Assembly (NCBI RefSeq): GCF_006345805.1
Contig: NW_021835145.1
Coordinates: 1 to 43,662 of the forward strand
DNA length: 43,662 nucleotides
Direction of reading: 5' to 3'
Source of the DNA: Octopus sinensis
Lineage: Eukaryota
The first letter of the stretch is position 1. Every line of letters starts with the position of its first letter. The position numbers and the translations under genes were made by a program. Positions 1 to 11,097 of the stretch are shown in pieces. Under the pieces are notes generated by a model. It was not told the DNA's origin and made no database searches. It saw only the letters and a list, made by a program, of their open reading frames with translations.

Positions 1-67
1 TTTTCACGCGTATGAAATGCTTATTAGTGATTAAGTAAGAAATTCTATTGTTCTCTACGCATTCTGG

Positions 68-178
68 TATTATTATTAATTATTTATTATTATTATTATT
101 AATTATTATTATTATTATTATATCATTATTATATTATTATATATTATTATTATTATATTATTATTATCATTATTATTA

Positions 179-213
<35 letters not shown>

Positions 214-232
214 CATATCATTATTATTATTC
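68..232. repeat. (ATT)n microsatellite, imperfect
   Basis: Direct tandem ATT units. Confidence 0.95.
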
Positions 233-519
233 ACACTTTACCGGGACGAGCTGTAATTTCATTTTTTCTAAATTTTAATTTTTGTTCTTCAGATTTGAAA
301 ACTTCACTATCTTTATAAATTTACAAAAGAAAAAATGGAAGATAAACAAATAACGACAAGATTAATCAATTAAAATAGATTAGATTTGTCACTCTTTCTT
401 CGAATGATGATTTTTGCAAATTATGTAAAGCTAGTATTAAAATTTAAAGAAAAAGTTTACTGTTACACTCAGAGTTTAATTATGATTAGTAAGGGATTAA
501 AATTTTGGTAGAAGGCCAA

Positions 520-690
520 CAGTTTTAGGGGGAATTGTTTAGTCGGTAACACTGACTTGCGAAATTGAGTGGTACGTTATTTTTTATTGATGAAATGGCA
601 AGTTGACTTCGGTTGTATTTGACTCAGAACGTAATGCATTGAAGGGAATAACGCTAGGCATTTTATCCGATGGTCTAACGATACTACTAG
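520..690 (-). mobile_element. Degenerate fragment of SINE family C (full copy at 29374-29605)
   Basis: Reverse-complement similarity to the GGTCGACTTTGCC / GTTCTGAG..CAAAT / GTTAGCA segments of the 29374 copy. Confidence 0.6.
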
Positions 691-809
691 CACATATATA
701 TATATAAGTGTATACATGAATGCATACATAAATGTATGTGTACACACACACACACACACACGTATGTATATTTATGCCGCACCCTCACACATCTATCTAT
801 CTGTCTGTC

Positions 810-867
<58 letters not shown>

Positions 868-981
868 ATATATATATATTTATATATATATACCATATAT
901 ATATATAAAGATATCTTTGTATTTGTAAATCTATCTGTATGTCTGTCTTTCTATCCCTCTTCTTTCACTCTCCCTCACAAG

Positions 982-1022
<41 letters not shown>
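690..1022. repeat. Compound (TA)/(CA)/(CT)/(TA) microsatellite block
   Basis: Direct dinucleotide runs. Confidence 0.9.
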
Positions 1023-1137
1023 GTTCGTAACTGTATATAAATGTGTATGTATGCACCTATGTACTAATATGTGAGCTTCGTTTTATGCCTGTGTCTTTAA
1101 CCGCTTGCAAAACTTTTATTAATCAGTTTGCACCCCC

Positions 1138-1358
1138 TTAAGACTTTAGCATTTAAAAAACCAGCCATATCCTACCCAAATATTTTACCTGTATGATGAA
1201 ACCGGCCAGATCCGGGCTATCACACCTATCTTACAGTGCCATAATTGGCATGTCATCGGTATCTTGAAACTACAAGAAAATGCATGATTCATTCAAAATA
1301 ACATGAATAAATAAGCATAGCATATTACCGAGTTATCTAAAGGTGGCTAAAGGGTTAA
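1138..1358. mobile_element. piggyBac-type MITE, degenerate left end
   Basis: TTAA-gaCTTTAGC at left and GCTAAAGGG-TTAA at right: short TIR with TTAA target duplication; no ORF. Confidence 0.6.
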
Positions 1359-1414
1359 TTTAGTGCTTCTGTTAGAAAAGAGAAACGAAAAAAATCCCAT
1401 AAGTTATGAGTCAA

Positions 1415-1520
1415 AATTTAAAACAAAGTACTGGGGTCAATTTGATCGACAAAAGTCCTAAAGGCGTTACCACAGCACGGGCGAAGTCTAACGAGTGTAG
1501 CTTGTAAGAGAATAAAGAAG
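1415..1520 (+). mobile_element. 3' tail of SINE family A
   Basis: AGTACTGGGGTCAATTTGATCGAC...AAGGCG...AGAATAAAGA matches the tail of the copy at 30197-30700. Confidence 0.6.
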
Positions 1521-1532
1521 AAAAAAATGGGC

Positions 1533-1578
1533 TTGTGTGTGTGCGCGCTCGCGCTCGAGTGTGTGTGTGTGTGTGTAT

Positions 1579-1646
<68 letters not shown>
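1533..1646. repeat. (GT)n microsatellite
   Basis: Direct. Confidence 0.95.
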
Positions 1647-1648
<2 letters not shown>

Positions 1649-2639
1649 TCTGTTTCCTTGTGCGTTTGTGACTATGAGCGTGAATGTACGTAACACAATT
1701 TTTGCCAATCTTTACAATCATAAATTAAAGACTTAGATTTTAATATAAAAGAGATGGTAGACATCATAAACTTCGGTTATGAGACAGAAAATGAAGAATG
1801 GGTCCTCTGACAAAAGTCGACAGGAGTGGCCAAGCAAGCAAAATAGACTTGTCTCTTGTTATCTCATTTGACTCCTTTATTTATTTTTTTTTTGTTTTTA
1901 AGTTTCTGTCTTGAATTATTACTTATAATAGTTTCTATCATTTATGCTTCCGTACACTGTCTATTTTAATACATGTTTGTTTAATAAAAGATCTCCAGTC
2001 CATCCATCAGCTATGCTCACTCTCATCCACTGATATTCTATATGACATATATTGTACAAGGCAGTTATTTGTGTTTTAACAAGATCTGACTTCTGAACAT
2101 GTCTGTTTCTTCGTTGTGCGTCTTCGTACACGTGTATATTATGTGTGTATTTTTTTGAGGCTAGTGATGCTAAACACGTGTGGGCGTAAATATGTCGTGT
2201 TTGAGTGCGTGTGTGCGTGCGTGTGTGTGTGATTACATTTGTACTGTAAACGAAGTTAAGCAAGAATGTACGTACACACACACCACACACGCACGCACAC
2301 ATACATATGTGTGTGTATGATTGCATGCAAATAAGTATATATTTACACATACATATATATATATTCATAGATACATATGTATCTTAATGTACATCTGTAT
2401 ATATATATGTATGTACCTATATGTGTCTACGTATGTGCATATATCTGTGCGTATATATGTATATATCTAATATATATATGAACCTGTATGTATATATGTA
2501 TATATACACACATACACAACACACACACACACACCACACACATATATATATATATAATATATATTTAGATATATGTTAATAAATGTGTGAATTGTGTACA
2601 CACACAGTTGTGTTAGCTTTATATAACAATGTGCCTGTT

Positions 2640-2827
2640 TGTTGTGTGTGTGTGTCTGTGTGTGTGTGTCCGTGTGTGTGTGTGTGTGTGTGTCTGTGTG
2701 TGTCTGTGTGTGTCTGTGTGTGTCTGTGTGTGTGTGTGTCTGTGTGTGTGTGTGTGTGTGTTGTGTGTGTGTGTGTGTGTGCGCGTTTGTGTGTGTGTGT
2801 CTGTGTGTGTGTGTGCGTGTGTGTGTG

Positions 2828-2859
<32 letters not shown>

Positions 2860-2862
2860 CGT
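2640..2862. repeat. (GT)n array with interspersed GTCT units
   Basis: Direct. Confidence 0.95.
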
Positions 2863-3267
2863 GTAAGAAGAGGGGTGTACTTTTACAGGCGCTCTTCAGA
2901 TATGAGCGTGTCTTTGCGTTTCGGAATTCAAAATGTATGGACGCATGTATTTCTATCACTGCTTGGCGATATATGTCAGTACAGTATAACAATGTGTTTG
3001 TGTATGTGTAAGGGTGTATATTTGCGTAAGGTTGCATCTCCCAGGGCGTTCGTGATAATATGTATATAAAGGTATTTGTTTGCATGTCCAAATGTTATTG
3101 GTGTTATCTTCAGGCCACTCCACACTGTTCCTATCTACCTCTTCCATCAAATGCTCTCTCTCTCCTCTCTCATTCTCTCTATATATCTGTATGTGTGTGA
3201 GTGCACTTACACTCTGTCTGTCTGTCTGTCTCTGCTTGTCTGTCTGTTTGTCTCTCTCTCTCTCTGT

Positions 3268-3325
<58 letters not shown>

Positions 3326-3327
<2 letters not shown>

Positions 3328-3546
3328 CAAATGTGTTGTTGAAAATGCACCTAAATTTGAAAAACTTGTAATTGTTTAAAATAATTTCATTTACACATAT
3401 TCCAAACTTGTTTCAGAAATATTTTTTGTTTATGAATGGTAAAAATTTAGAATTATGAAACTAGTTTGGTATATATGTAAATGAATTTATTTTTAAGCAA
3501 TTTCAAATTTTTCAAATTTAGGTGCATTTTCAACATCAAATTTGCC
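3326..3546. mobile_element. MITE with ~95 bp imperfect terminal inverted repeats, flanked by TATA on both sides
   Basis: GGCAAATGTGTTGTTGAAAATGCACCTAAATTTGAAAAA... versus ...TTTTTCAAATTTAGGTGCATTTTCAACATCAAATTTGCC. Confidence 0.8.
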
Positions 3547-3589
3547 TATATTCTTTCCTGCATGGAAATACAGTCCTCCTTGGTTATAT

Positions 3590-3622
<33 letters not shown>

Positions 3623-3623
<1 letters not shown>

Positions 3624-3736
3624 ACCCCATTCGGTCATGAATGATCATGGCATTGCACCTTTTGTTGGTGGAATCGAACTCACAACCTCACCATCGTAAG
3701 TCCGATGCTGTAATCACTGAGCCATGTGCCTTCACT
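3623..3736 (-). mobile_element. Internally deleted SINE family B (head joined to extreme tail)
   Basis: Both ends match the longer copy at 36081-36417 (GACCATGGGATTGC tail; CACTGAGCCATG..CTTCACT head). Confidence 0.7.
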
Positions 3737-4074
3737 AACGCACGCGCGCAGACACACTCACATATACACACAAGCATACATATATAAATGAATTTATCTA
3801 TCTAGCCATATATATGCCTATCTACCTTTGTACATACCTACATATATACATACGTATCTTCCTACCTAATAATAGATAAATTCTTGCATATTTTTCCCTA
3901 ACAAATGTTCACTGGTCTACAGGACATCTAATCACAAAAATGCATAAATAATTTTCCCATTTCACCGTTCCACAGTCCACAAAAGTTGGTTCTTTTTAAT
4001 ATGTTAGCTACTACACAATTTCGTTATTCACTGTTTTAATAACTTCTGACGAAGCATTATTCATATAGGCAACC

Positions 4075-4520
4075 ACTGTCTTTAGCACTACTGACAATAC
4101 AAGCAACGAAGAACCCCTACGATGTCACGAAGTTACAGAAAGACCTAAATGCAATATAGACCTAGGCTGAGAAGAACTACATGCAACTTAATGCTGAAAA
4201 AATTATGTACTTCGCTATCAACTCCCAAACATCGCGCTCAGGATGTACAGGATCAGAAACTATTGAAATTTCAGAATCGCAGTCAGTGTGTGATCTGACA
4301 TGAGGTGGAGTGGAGTTATTTAAGAAGTGATACATTATTTAATTTTGTTATAAAGTTAGTAACAATATGTGGACGAGTGGAACGGGTGGGGACGATTCTG
4401 AGATCATTCAGAATGAGAAGAGACCATGCCGGTTCAGTGAAAGGCAATTGCTCTCCACGCATTGGACAAGATCGCTACAGTGTTAAACAAATAGTAGAAT
4501 TCGAAATAATCCAATGCTGC
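4075..4520 (+). pseudogene. Decayed CR1/L2-like LINE reverse-transcriptase fragment
   Basis: Across frameshifts: LQKDLNAI*T*AEKNYMQLNAEK (CR1 LQ.DL..L..W...N.M..N..K motif), then ..GTILRSF.. and ..SVKQIVEFEIIQ. Confidence 0.65.
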
Positions 4521-4544
4521 TAAACCAAGGAAATCTAGCCCAGT

Positions 4545-4645
4545 GAAACATGAAATGCGGAATTTGAACTAAGAACGATAAGAGTCGGAAGAAGTACCGT
4601 TAAGCGTTTTGTCCGACGTGCTAACGTTTTTCTCTCTTCACCGCC
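4545..4645 (-). mobile_element. SINE family C head fragment
   Basis: GCGGAATTTGAACTAAGAACG...AAGCGTTTTGTCCGACGTGCTAACG matches the reverse complement of the family C head. Confidence 0.65.
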
Positions 4646-4647
4646 TC

Positions 4648-5340
4648 AGTACACAAGTGCAACGAACATCTGCAGAATGTGTGCGAAGTGGGCCGAGTAC
4701 ATGATTCACATTCTTAGTGCTCGTGAATGTGTTGCGCAGAAAGAATACAAGCGTTGACACGACAAAGTAGCCCAAAACCTTCACTGGCTACTATACCGGA
4801 AGTATGGTTACGGAGTAACGGGTGCTTGGTACCACATACATCAAAAAAGGTAATGGACGAAAAGGGGAAGGTAGAGATCTTCTGGAACATTGACTTCCAG
4901 ACAAGGTGTTAGAGCACCGAAAGCCGGATATAGTAACCTTTAGGAGGGAAAAACAAGAGTGCCAACTAATCGACATGGCAGTGCCTACAGATCAACATAT
5001 TATCATGACAGAATGAGAAAAGGTCAACAAATATTGAAACCTGAGAATTGAGATTGTCAACATGTTGGGAGTCAAACATGAAGGTTGATCCTGTTGTTAG
5101 CGGGTCATTGAGTTCAAAACCACCCAGCCTGAAGAAACATCTGGACACTTTAGAAATACCCTACAATCTTGGTGAGTTGCAAAAATTGGCTTTACATGCA
5201 ACAGTACGCATACTGCGTAAATACTGTCTGTCTGAGGTCCTTGTGACTTTACGAACAGCACAAACTACCGGCACACAGAATATTTTGAATCTACATCACA
5301 ATATTGGATACTAATAAGAATATTAGTATAAGAATATTGG
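4648..5340 (+). mobile_element. 5'-truncated R4/Dong-like non-LTR retrotransposon (CCHC knuckle plus restriction-like endonuclease), decayed
   Basis: From 4671: CRMCAKWAEYMIHILSAR..QKEYKR*HDKVAQNLHW (knuckle plus RHD motif); then EIFWNIDFQT, HRKPDIV..LIDMAVP..EKVNKY (PD-(D/E)xK), LQKLALHATVRILRK; ends in (TAA)n. Confidence 0.85.
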
Positions 5341-5357
5341 ATAATAATAATAATATG

Positions 5358-5403
<46 letters not shown>

Positions 5404-5443
5404 TAATAATAATAATAATATAATAATAATAGTAGTAGTAATA

Positions 5444-5487
<44 letters not shown>

Positions 5488-5514
5488 GTAATAATAATAG
5501 TAATAATAATAATG

Positions 5515-5550
<36 letters not shown>

Positions 5551-5595
5551 GTAGTAGTAGTAATAATAATAATAATAATAATAATAGTAATAATA

Positions 5596-5629
<34 letters not shown>

Positions 5630-5694
5630 GAAGAAGAAGAAGGGTGAGGAGGAGGAGAAGAAGAAGAAGAAGAAGAAGAAGAAGAAAGAGGAGG

Positions 5695-5735
<41 letters not shown>

Positions 5736-5830
5736 AAGAAGAAGAAGAAGAAGAAGAAGAAGAAGAGGAAGAGATGTATTGATAATACTAATAAGACTAC
5801 CAAGAAGCAAACACTAGTAATAATAATAAC
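5340..5830. repeat. Compound trinucleotide array (AAT)n-(AAG)n-(AGT)n-(AAG)n
   Basis: Direct. Confidence 0.95.
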
Positions 5831-6147
5831 AATGAAGACGATAATGACGATGGCATCAGTAATAAAGCGTGTGTGTGTGTGTGTGTATGTATGTGTTGTG
5901 TGTGAGCGTATGCGTGTGTGTATGAATGTACGTATGCATAACTGCTAGATAGTATAAAGAGTACAAGAGAAATTAAAAGTCCGGACAGGAGATCAAAAAT
6001 GTCAAACAAGAATGACAAGTGACATGGAATTAACAGAATATTGGTTTAGAATTAAAGAAATGCACACATACAGGATTATTGGATTTTTATACGATTCTCA
6101 CACATTTGTCAATTTGACGATTTCAAAGTGTGTGTGAGCGTGAGCAA

Positions 6148-6510
6148 AATACATACATACATACATACGTACGTACATACATACATACATACATACATAC
6201 ATACATACATACACAGATACATACATACATACATACATACATACATACATACATACATACATACATACATACATACATTCATACATACATACATACATAC
6301 ATACACACATATGTACGTACATACATACGTACATACATACATACATACATACACACACACATACACACATACATACACACATACATACACAGATACATAC
6401 ATACATACATACATACATACATACATACACACATACATACATACATACATACACACATATGTACGTACATACATACGTACATACATACATACATACATAC
6501 ACACATACAC

Positions 6511-6543
<33 letters not shown>

Positions 6544-6566
6544 CATACACACATACATACACACAC

Positions 6567-6599
<33 letters not shown>

Positions 6600-6667
6600 C
6601 ACACATACATACATACACACACATACATACATGCATACATACATACATACATACATACATACATACA

Positions 6668-6698
<31 letters not shown>

Positions 6699-6700
6699 GT
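6148..6700. repeat. (ACAT)n tetranucleotide array, ~550 bp
   Basis: Direct, with ACAC and ACGT variants. Confidence 0.95.
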
Positions 6701-7003
6701 GCACATCCACACGTGCACACACATGTACATGCACACGACAAAAACACAAACGCACACGCAATCATTGTATATTATGATTCCAATATTGATTCGTACACAA
6801 AATGTAAACACGAAATGTTTTATATTGAATATGATAATACACATTGTTAAGACAGCGATACGACTAAAAAAAGATTAAGAGTATACATGTGTCATATACT
6901 ATGACGTATGTGACACACATATGTCTGCGCCAAGCTATTCACACTCCACATTACCCTCCTTCAGATATCTAACCCACCTTCCTCCCTCGCTCATACACTC
7001 ATA

Positions 7004-7058
<55 letters not shown>

Positions 7059-7452
7059 TCTTTTTACTCTTTTAGTTGTTTCAGTCATTTGACTGCGGCC
7101 ATGCTGGAGCACCGCCTTTGGTCGAGCAAATCGACACCGGGACTTATTCTTTGTAAGCCCAGTACTTATTCTATCGGCCTCTTTTGCCGAACCGCTAAGT
7201 GACGGGGACGTAAACACACCAGTATCGGTTGTCAAGCAATGCTAAGGGGACAAACACAGACACACAAACATATATATACACATACATATATATGTACATA
7301 TATACAACAGGCTTCTTTCAGTTTCCTCTCACATGGCATTGGTCGGCCCGGGGCTATAGCAGAAGACACTTGCCCAAGATGCCACGAGTGGGACTGAACC
7401 CGAAACCATGTGGTTGGTAAGCAAGCCACTTACCACCCACCCACTTCTGCTA
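7059..7452 (-). mobile_element. SINE family A, near full length (tRNA-like head, internal (TA)/(TG) microsatellite, tail)
   Basis: Head GTGGTAAG...GGGTTCAGTCCCACT with A/B-box-like motifs; tail GCTCCAGCATGGCCGCAGTCAAATGACTGAAAC; shared with many other copies in the window. Confidence 0.85.
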
Positions 7453-7491
7453 TGTATATATATATATATACACACACAAGTGTGTGTGTGT

Positions 7492-7644
7492 GTGTGTGTG
7501 GTAAGAGGCTTGCTTCCCAACCACATGGTTCCGGGTTCAGTTCCACTGCGAGACGCCTTGGGCAAGTGCTTTCTGCTACAGCCTTGCGCCCACCAAAACC
7601 TTGCGAGTGGATTTGGCAGGTGGAAACTGAAAACAACCTGCTCT

Positions 7645-7675
<31 letters not shown>

Positions 7676-7805
7676 ATGCGTGCGCGTGCGTGTGTGTTGG
7701 TATGTGTGTGCGCGCGCGCTTGTGTGTGTTTCTGTTGTCACCCCCCACTGTTATCGTAACTTAGCTATTCGGCCAAAGGCACCGATAGAGTAAGTACCGG
7801 CTTGA
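7492..7805 (+). mobile_element. SINE family A, head-to-head with the previous copy
   Basis: GTGGTAAGAGGCTTGCTTCCCAACCACATGGTTCCGGGTTCAGTTCCACTG, (GT)n, partial tail. Confidence 0.85.
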
Positions 7806-7835
7806 TGGCGACAGTCTAATGACTGGAACAGGTAA

Positions 7836-7866
<31 letters not shown>

Positions 7867-7921
7867 TAAGAAATTAAAAATTAATATATAATATATATAG
7901 TATATAATATATAAGAAATTA

Positions 7922-8430
7922 AAAGCTGGGCCAGCCTGTGAAACCCACCGCCTAAGCAATTTTCTAGACATCCTACTGAAAACCTTGCTGAAATACATCA
8001 AACGCTTCATTAGGGATGATTTAGACATGCTAGAACACCTACCAAAAACAATTAATGAAGAGGCAATATTCGTTAACCTCGATGTTATCAATCTTTACAC
8101 CAACATGACTATGGAATAAAAGCAATTAAATTCTGGTTGGAAAGGTACCCCGAAGTACTCCCGGAACGCATATACCAGATCTTTATTATTGAATCCTTAA
8201 AATTTATACGTCAGAACAATTAATTCCTATTTGATGACACCTTCTATCGTCAGTAATGCGGAATTGCGATGGGAACGAAAGCAGTCCCTGTTCTTGCGAA
8301 CCTAATAATGGGTTATTTGAATTCACCTTATACGAAGTATCATTTCAGAAATATGGTTACCCATTTTACCTCTACATAAGAGAAAATTGGAAGAGTTACC
8401 TAGACGACTGCTTTATCATTTAGAAGGAGA
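7922..8430 (+). pseudogene. Penelope-like element (PLE) reverse-transcriptase fragment
   Basis: Across frameshifts: AGPACETHRLSNFLDILLK, LVNLDVINLYTN, FYRQ*CGIAMGTKAVPVLANLIMGY, WKSYLDDCFII*; the GIAMG and YLDD motifs are PLE-type. Confidence 0.85.
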
Positions 8431-8439
8431 ACATTTATA

Positions 8440-9622
8440 TCAAGAATATGGGAGCTGCCCACAGGGTGATGACGCAGCTGAAGCCGCAGAAATTCACTGA
8501 TTTTGATGTCGGCTTCCTGACAGAGTATGCACTGGTGATATCTAATGTTGCCAAGACTTTGCATAAATTCCAAAAGGAGGATCAGCCTTATCTCGGGTGC
8601 CTTCTGCCAACTGTAGCGGCTACCGTCATGAAGTTGAATGAGGCCAAATTCAAACATCTCCTGTACTACAGTTCTCTGGTAGACACGATACTGGCAGGCA
8701 TCTCGAAAAAGTTTGGGCTCCTCCTAGAAGACCTGGAGTACCAGCTGGCTGCTACCATCCACACCAAGCTTAGCCTGTTCTGGCTGGAGCAGTATAATAA
8801 CAACCAGGTTAGCAGAGTAACGAACGCCATGTAGACCGTTCTAGAGACAGCCCTAATGGAGACCAAGGAGGAGGGAGGGCAGAAGCACCACCAGCAATGA
8901 GGATGAGGTAGATGATTTCTTCAGCAACATCACTCGGTTCCAGGAGAGCAGGTCCACAAGTCACTGAAATCCAAGGAGCCTTTTTGGGTGAGCAGGTCTT
9001 GATCGACCTGTTTAACAAGTATAACACCGCCATCCCATTCAGAGCTGCAGTTGAGCGCCTATTCATTGTAGGCAAAGATATTTTGAGAGCCAAGAGAGCC
9101 ACCTTATCAGATGGTAACTTTGAGAGGCTGATGCTTATGAAGAGCGACCAGCATCACTTCGAGGCGATGGAGAAGCCCAGCCAGAGTAGTACACCTTGAC
9201 CACCATCTGATCTTGGCATGATACCTATGTTATACTATACCTTATTTATTCGTCTAATACTTTTTGTACAGTACGTTGACTGAAAATCTAATGTTTAATT
9301 TCATTTGTTCATTTAATTATTTGCGTAGACCTTGATTATCATCACATCTTGGCATGTTATACCTTTTTGGAAAGCTCTATGTCTAAGCTACAACATGAAC
9401 ATGCTACAACAGATATCTAGGTCTGTTTTTTAGTGGTTTTAGAGCCCAAAATCCAAACTGAAACTAAATTCATATGATAAAAGTTAGCGGTTATGATTTA
9501 GCGTTAACTTCCGCTAATTTTTGTCACATGTTTAGCGGTTTAGTTTTTGCGAAGCTAACTCTTTTAGTTAGCGGTTTGGCGGTTAGTGAAGCTAACTTTT
9601 GGGTCAGCTGTGCACACCACTG
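8440..9622 (+). mobile_element. hAT transposon 3' portion: decayed transposase C-terminus, subterminal repeats and right terminus
   Basis: FLTEYALVISNVAKTL..PYLGCLLPT; NTAIPFRAAVERLFIVGKDIL..LSDGNFERL (hAT dimerisation domain); (G/T)TTAGCGGTT repeats 9483-9577; terminus reads CAGTGGTGTGCACAGC on the minus strand. No left end found. Confidence 0.85.
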
Positions 9623-9634
9623 TGTGTGTGTATA

Positions 9635-10188
9635 CAGGGTTATTCAAAAAGAAAGAGTAGATTTTAAATTTATTTTTAAAACAAACGGTAAGAGTCACAT
9701 TCTACATATTTCTTGATACGGGAAGTTTTAAAGTTTATTTTAAGGTAGTATGCACTCAACATGAGTACCATGTGTTGCTCGACAAACATCGAAACGGTAG
9801 TCTATTTCTTGCCACACTCGAAACAACTGATCTGTGGATATTGTGACGAGATGGATTTTGATTGAATTGGCGGTGAGATTCACGTTGCACTTGCACAATC
9901 GATTCGCATTTCTCAAACTGCAGCACACAAAAATACTTTTCTTGTGGCGTCGCCATTTTCCAAGGGATTACACAAATGAAAATTATACAACTTCAAATAA
10001 AATAAAGAAAATGAAACATTAAAACAAAATTAAAATGTTATTTTATTTAAGGCTTAATCCAATTGATCATGTTCAGCTATAAACTTTAAACCTTCCTCTA
10101 TCAAGAAATAGGTAGAATGTATTTGTGTCTCTTACCGTTTGTTTTAAAAATAAATTTGAAATCTGCTCTTTCTTTTTGAATAATCCTG
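9635..10188 (-). mobile_element. Non-autonomous Tc1/mariner-superfamily element (internal deletion derivative), TA target duplication
   Basis: TA|CAGGGTTATTCAAAAAGAAAGAGTAG ... CTGCTCTTTCTTTTTGAATAATCCTG|TA; keeps transposase N-terminus MATPQEKYFCVLQF and C-terminus RVWQEIDYRFDVCRATHGTHVE. Confidence 0.9.
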
Positions 10189-11053
10189 TATATATAGCTC
10201 AATTGCAATGTAAAAAGTAACTTTCGATACATCAGTGACTTTTCTATGTAATCGCATTATACTTCACAGCTGTCGCAGTTGCACATTAAAGGGACATTGA
10301 TTTCAATTTTGATGACTCGAACACGAATGTACACTTGCGTAGGCGTGGAAAAGAATTTATGAGAAAGACTGGCAGTTATTCTAGCAGGCAAGCCTCCGTT
10401 TTCCACGCTACCGATATTTTCTATTAGGCTCCGACTTAGGGTGACTCAGTTTAGCACCTCTGTCAACGTAGGTTTTGCTCTGAGAACGCAATGAACCAGA
10501 GCAGTTAACTCAAAATGTCTTGTCCCTCACTCTAACAGTTCCGCTAAACCAGTACCTTACATTGGCACTTTGTACTGTACCCCCAAAATATTTATGCCCT
10601 CATGCTTATGTTTATATTTAGAGAATGACATAAATGATGTATTTTCTATACTAGACACTTTAAAGGTAGTCTCTTAGACTTAAGGATATAAAATTGCACA
10701 TTACGGCATATTATTTTTAGAATCTACACCTTGTAACCAATTGCCTTGTTCATCGAGCATAAAGTCGGATGTCAAAAATTCCGTTCTAAAAAAAAATATG
10801 TTGTTAGAGAGATGGATGAGGTAATTCGTGAATTCTCCTTTCAGTTTTATCTCCTGAACTAGTAACTTACGTCGCAACCTGAAAAGTTTTGTGTGTTTAT
10901 ATACATATAAAGGCATATGTACATATATATATATATAAAGGCATATATACATTCATACATGCATACATAAATATAAGTAAATATATGTATATATATGTGT
11001 GTATATGTATGTATATATATATATAGTTGTTTATGTACATACACATATATATG

Positions 11054-11097
<44 letters not shown>

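Noticed and set aside
1-330. Donor AA|GTAAGA at 35 and acceptor TTCAG at 292
   Set aside because: The joined frame ends after a few codons with no recognisable product, and upstream context is outside the window.
1790-1860. CTGACAA...stem-like sequence as another hammerhead
   Set aside because: Core deviates from CUGANGA and no GAAA or helix I complement is found.
6098-6878. Overlapping 139-248 aa ORFs (MYVC/HTYI repeats)
   Set aside because: Pure (ACAT)n array read in several frames.
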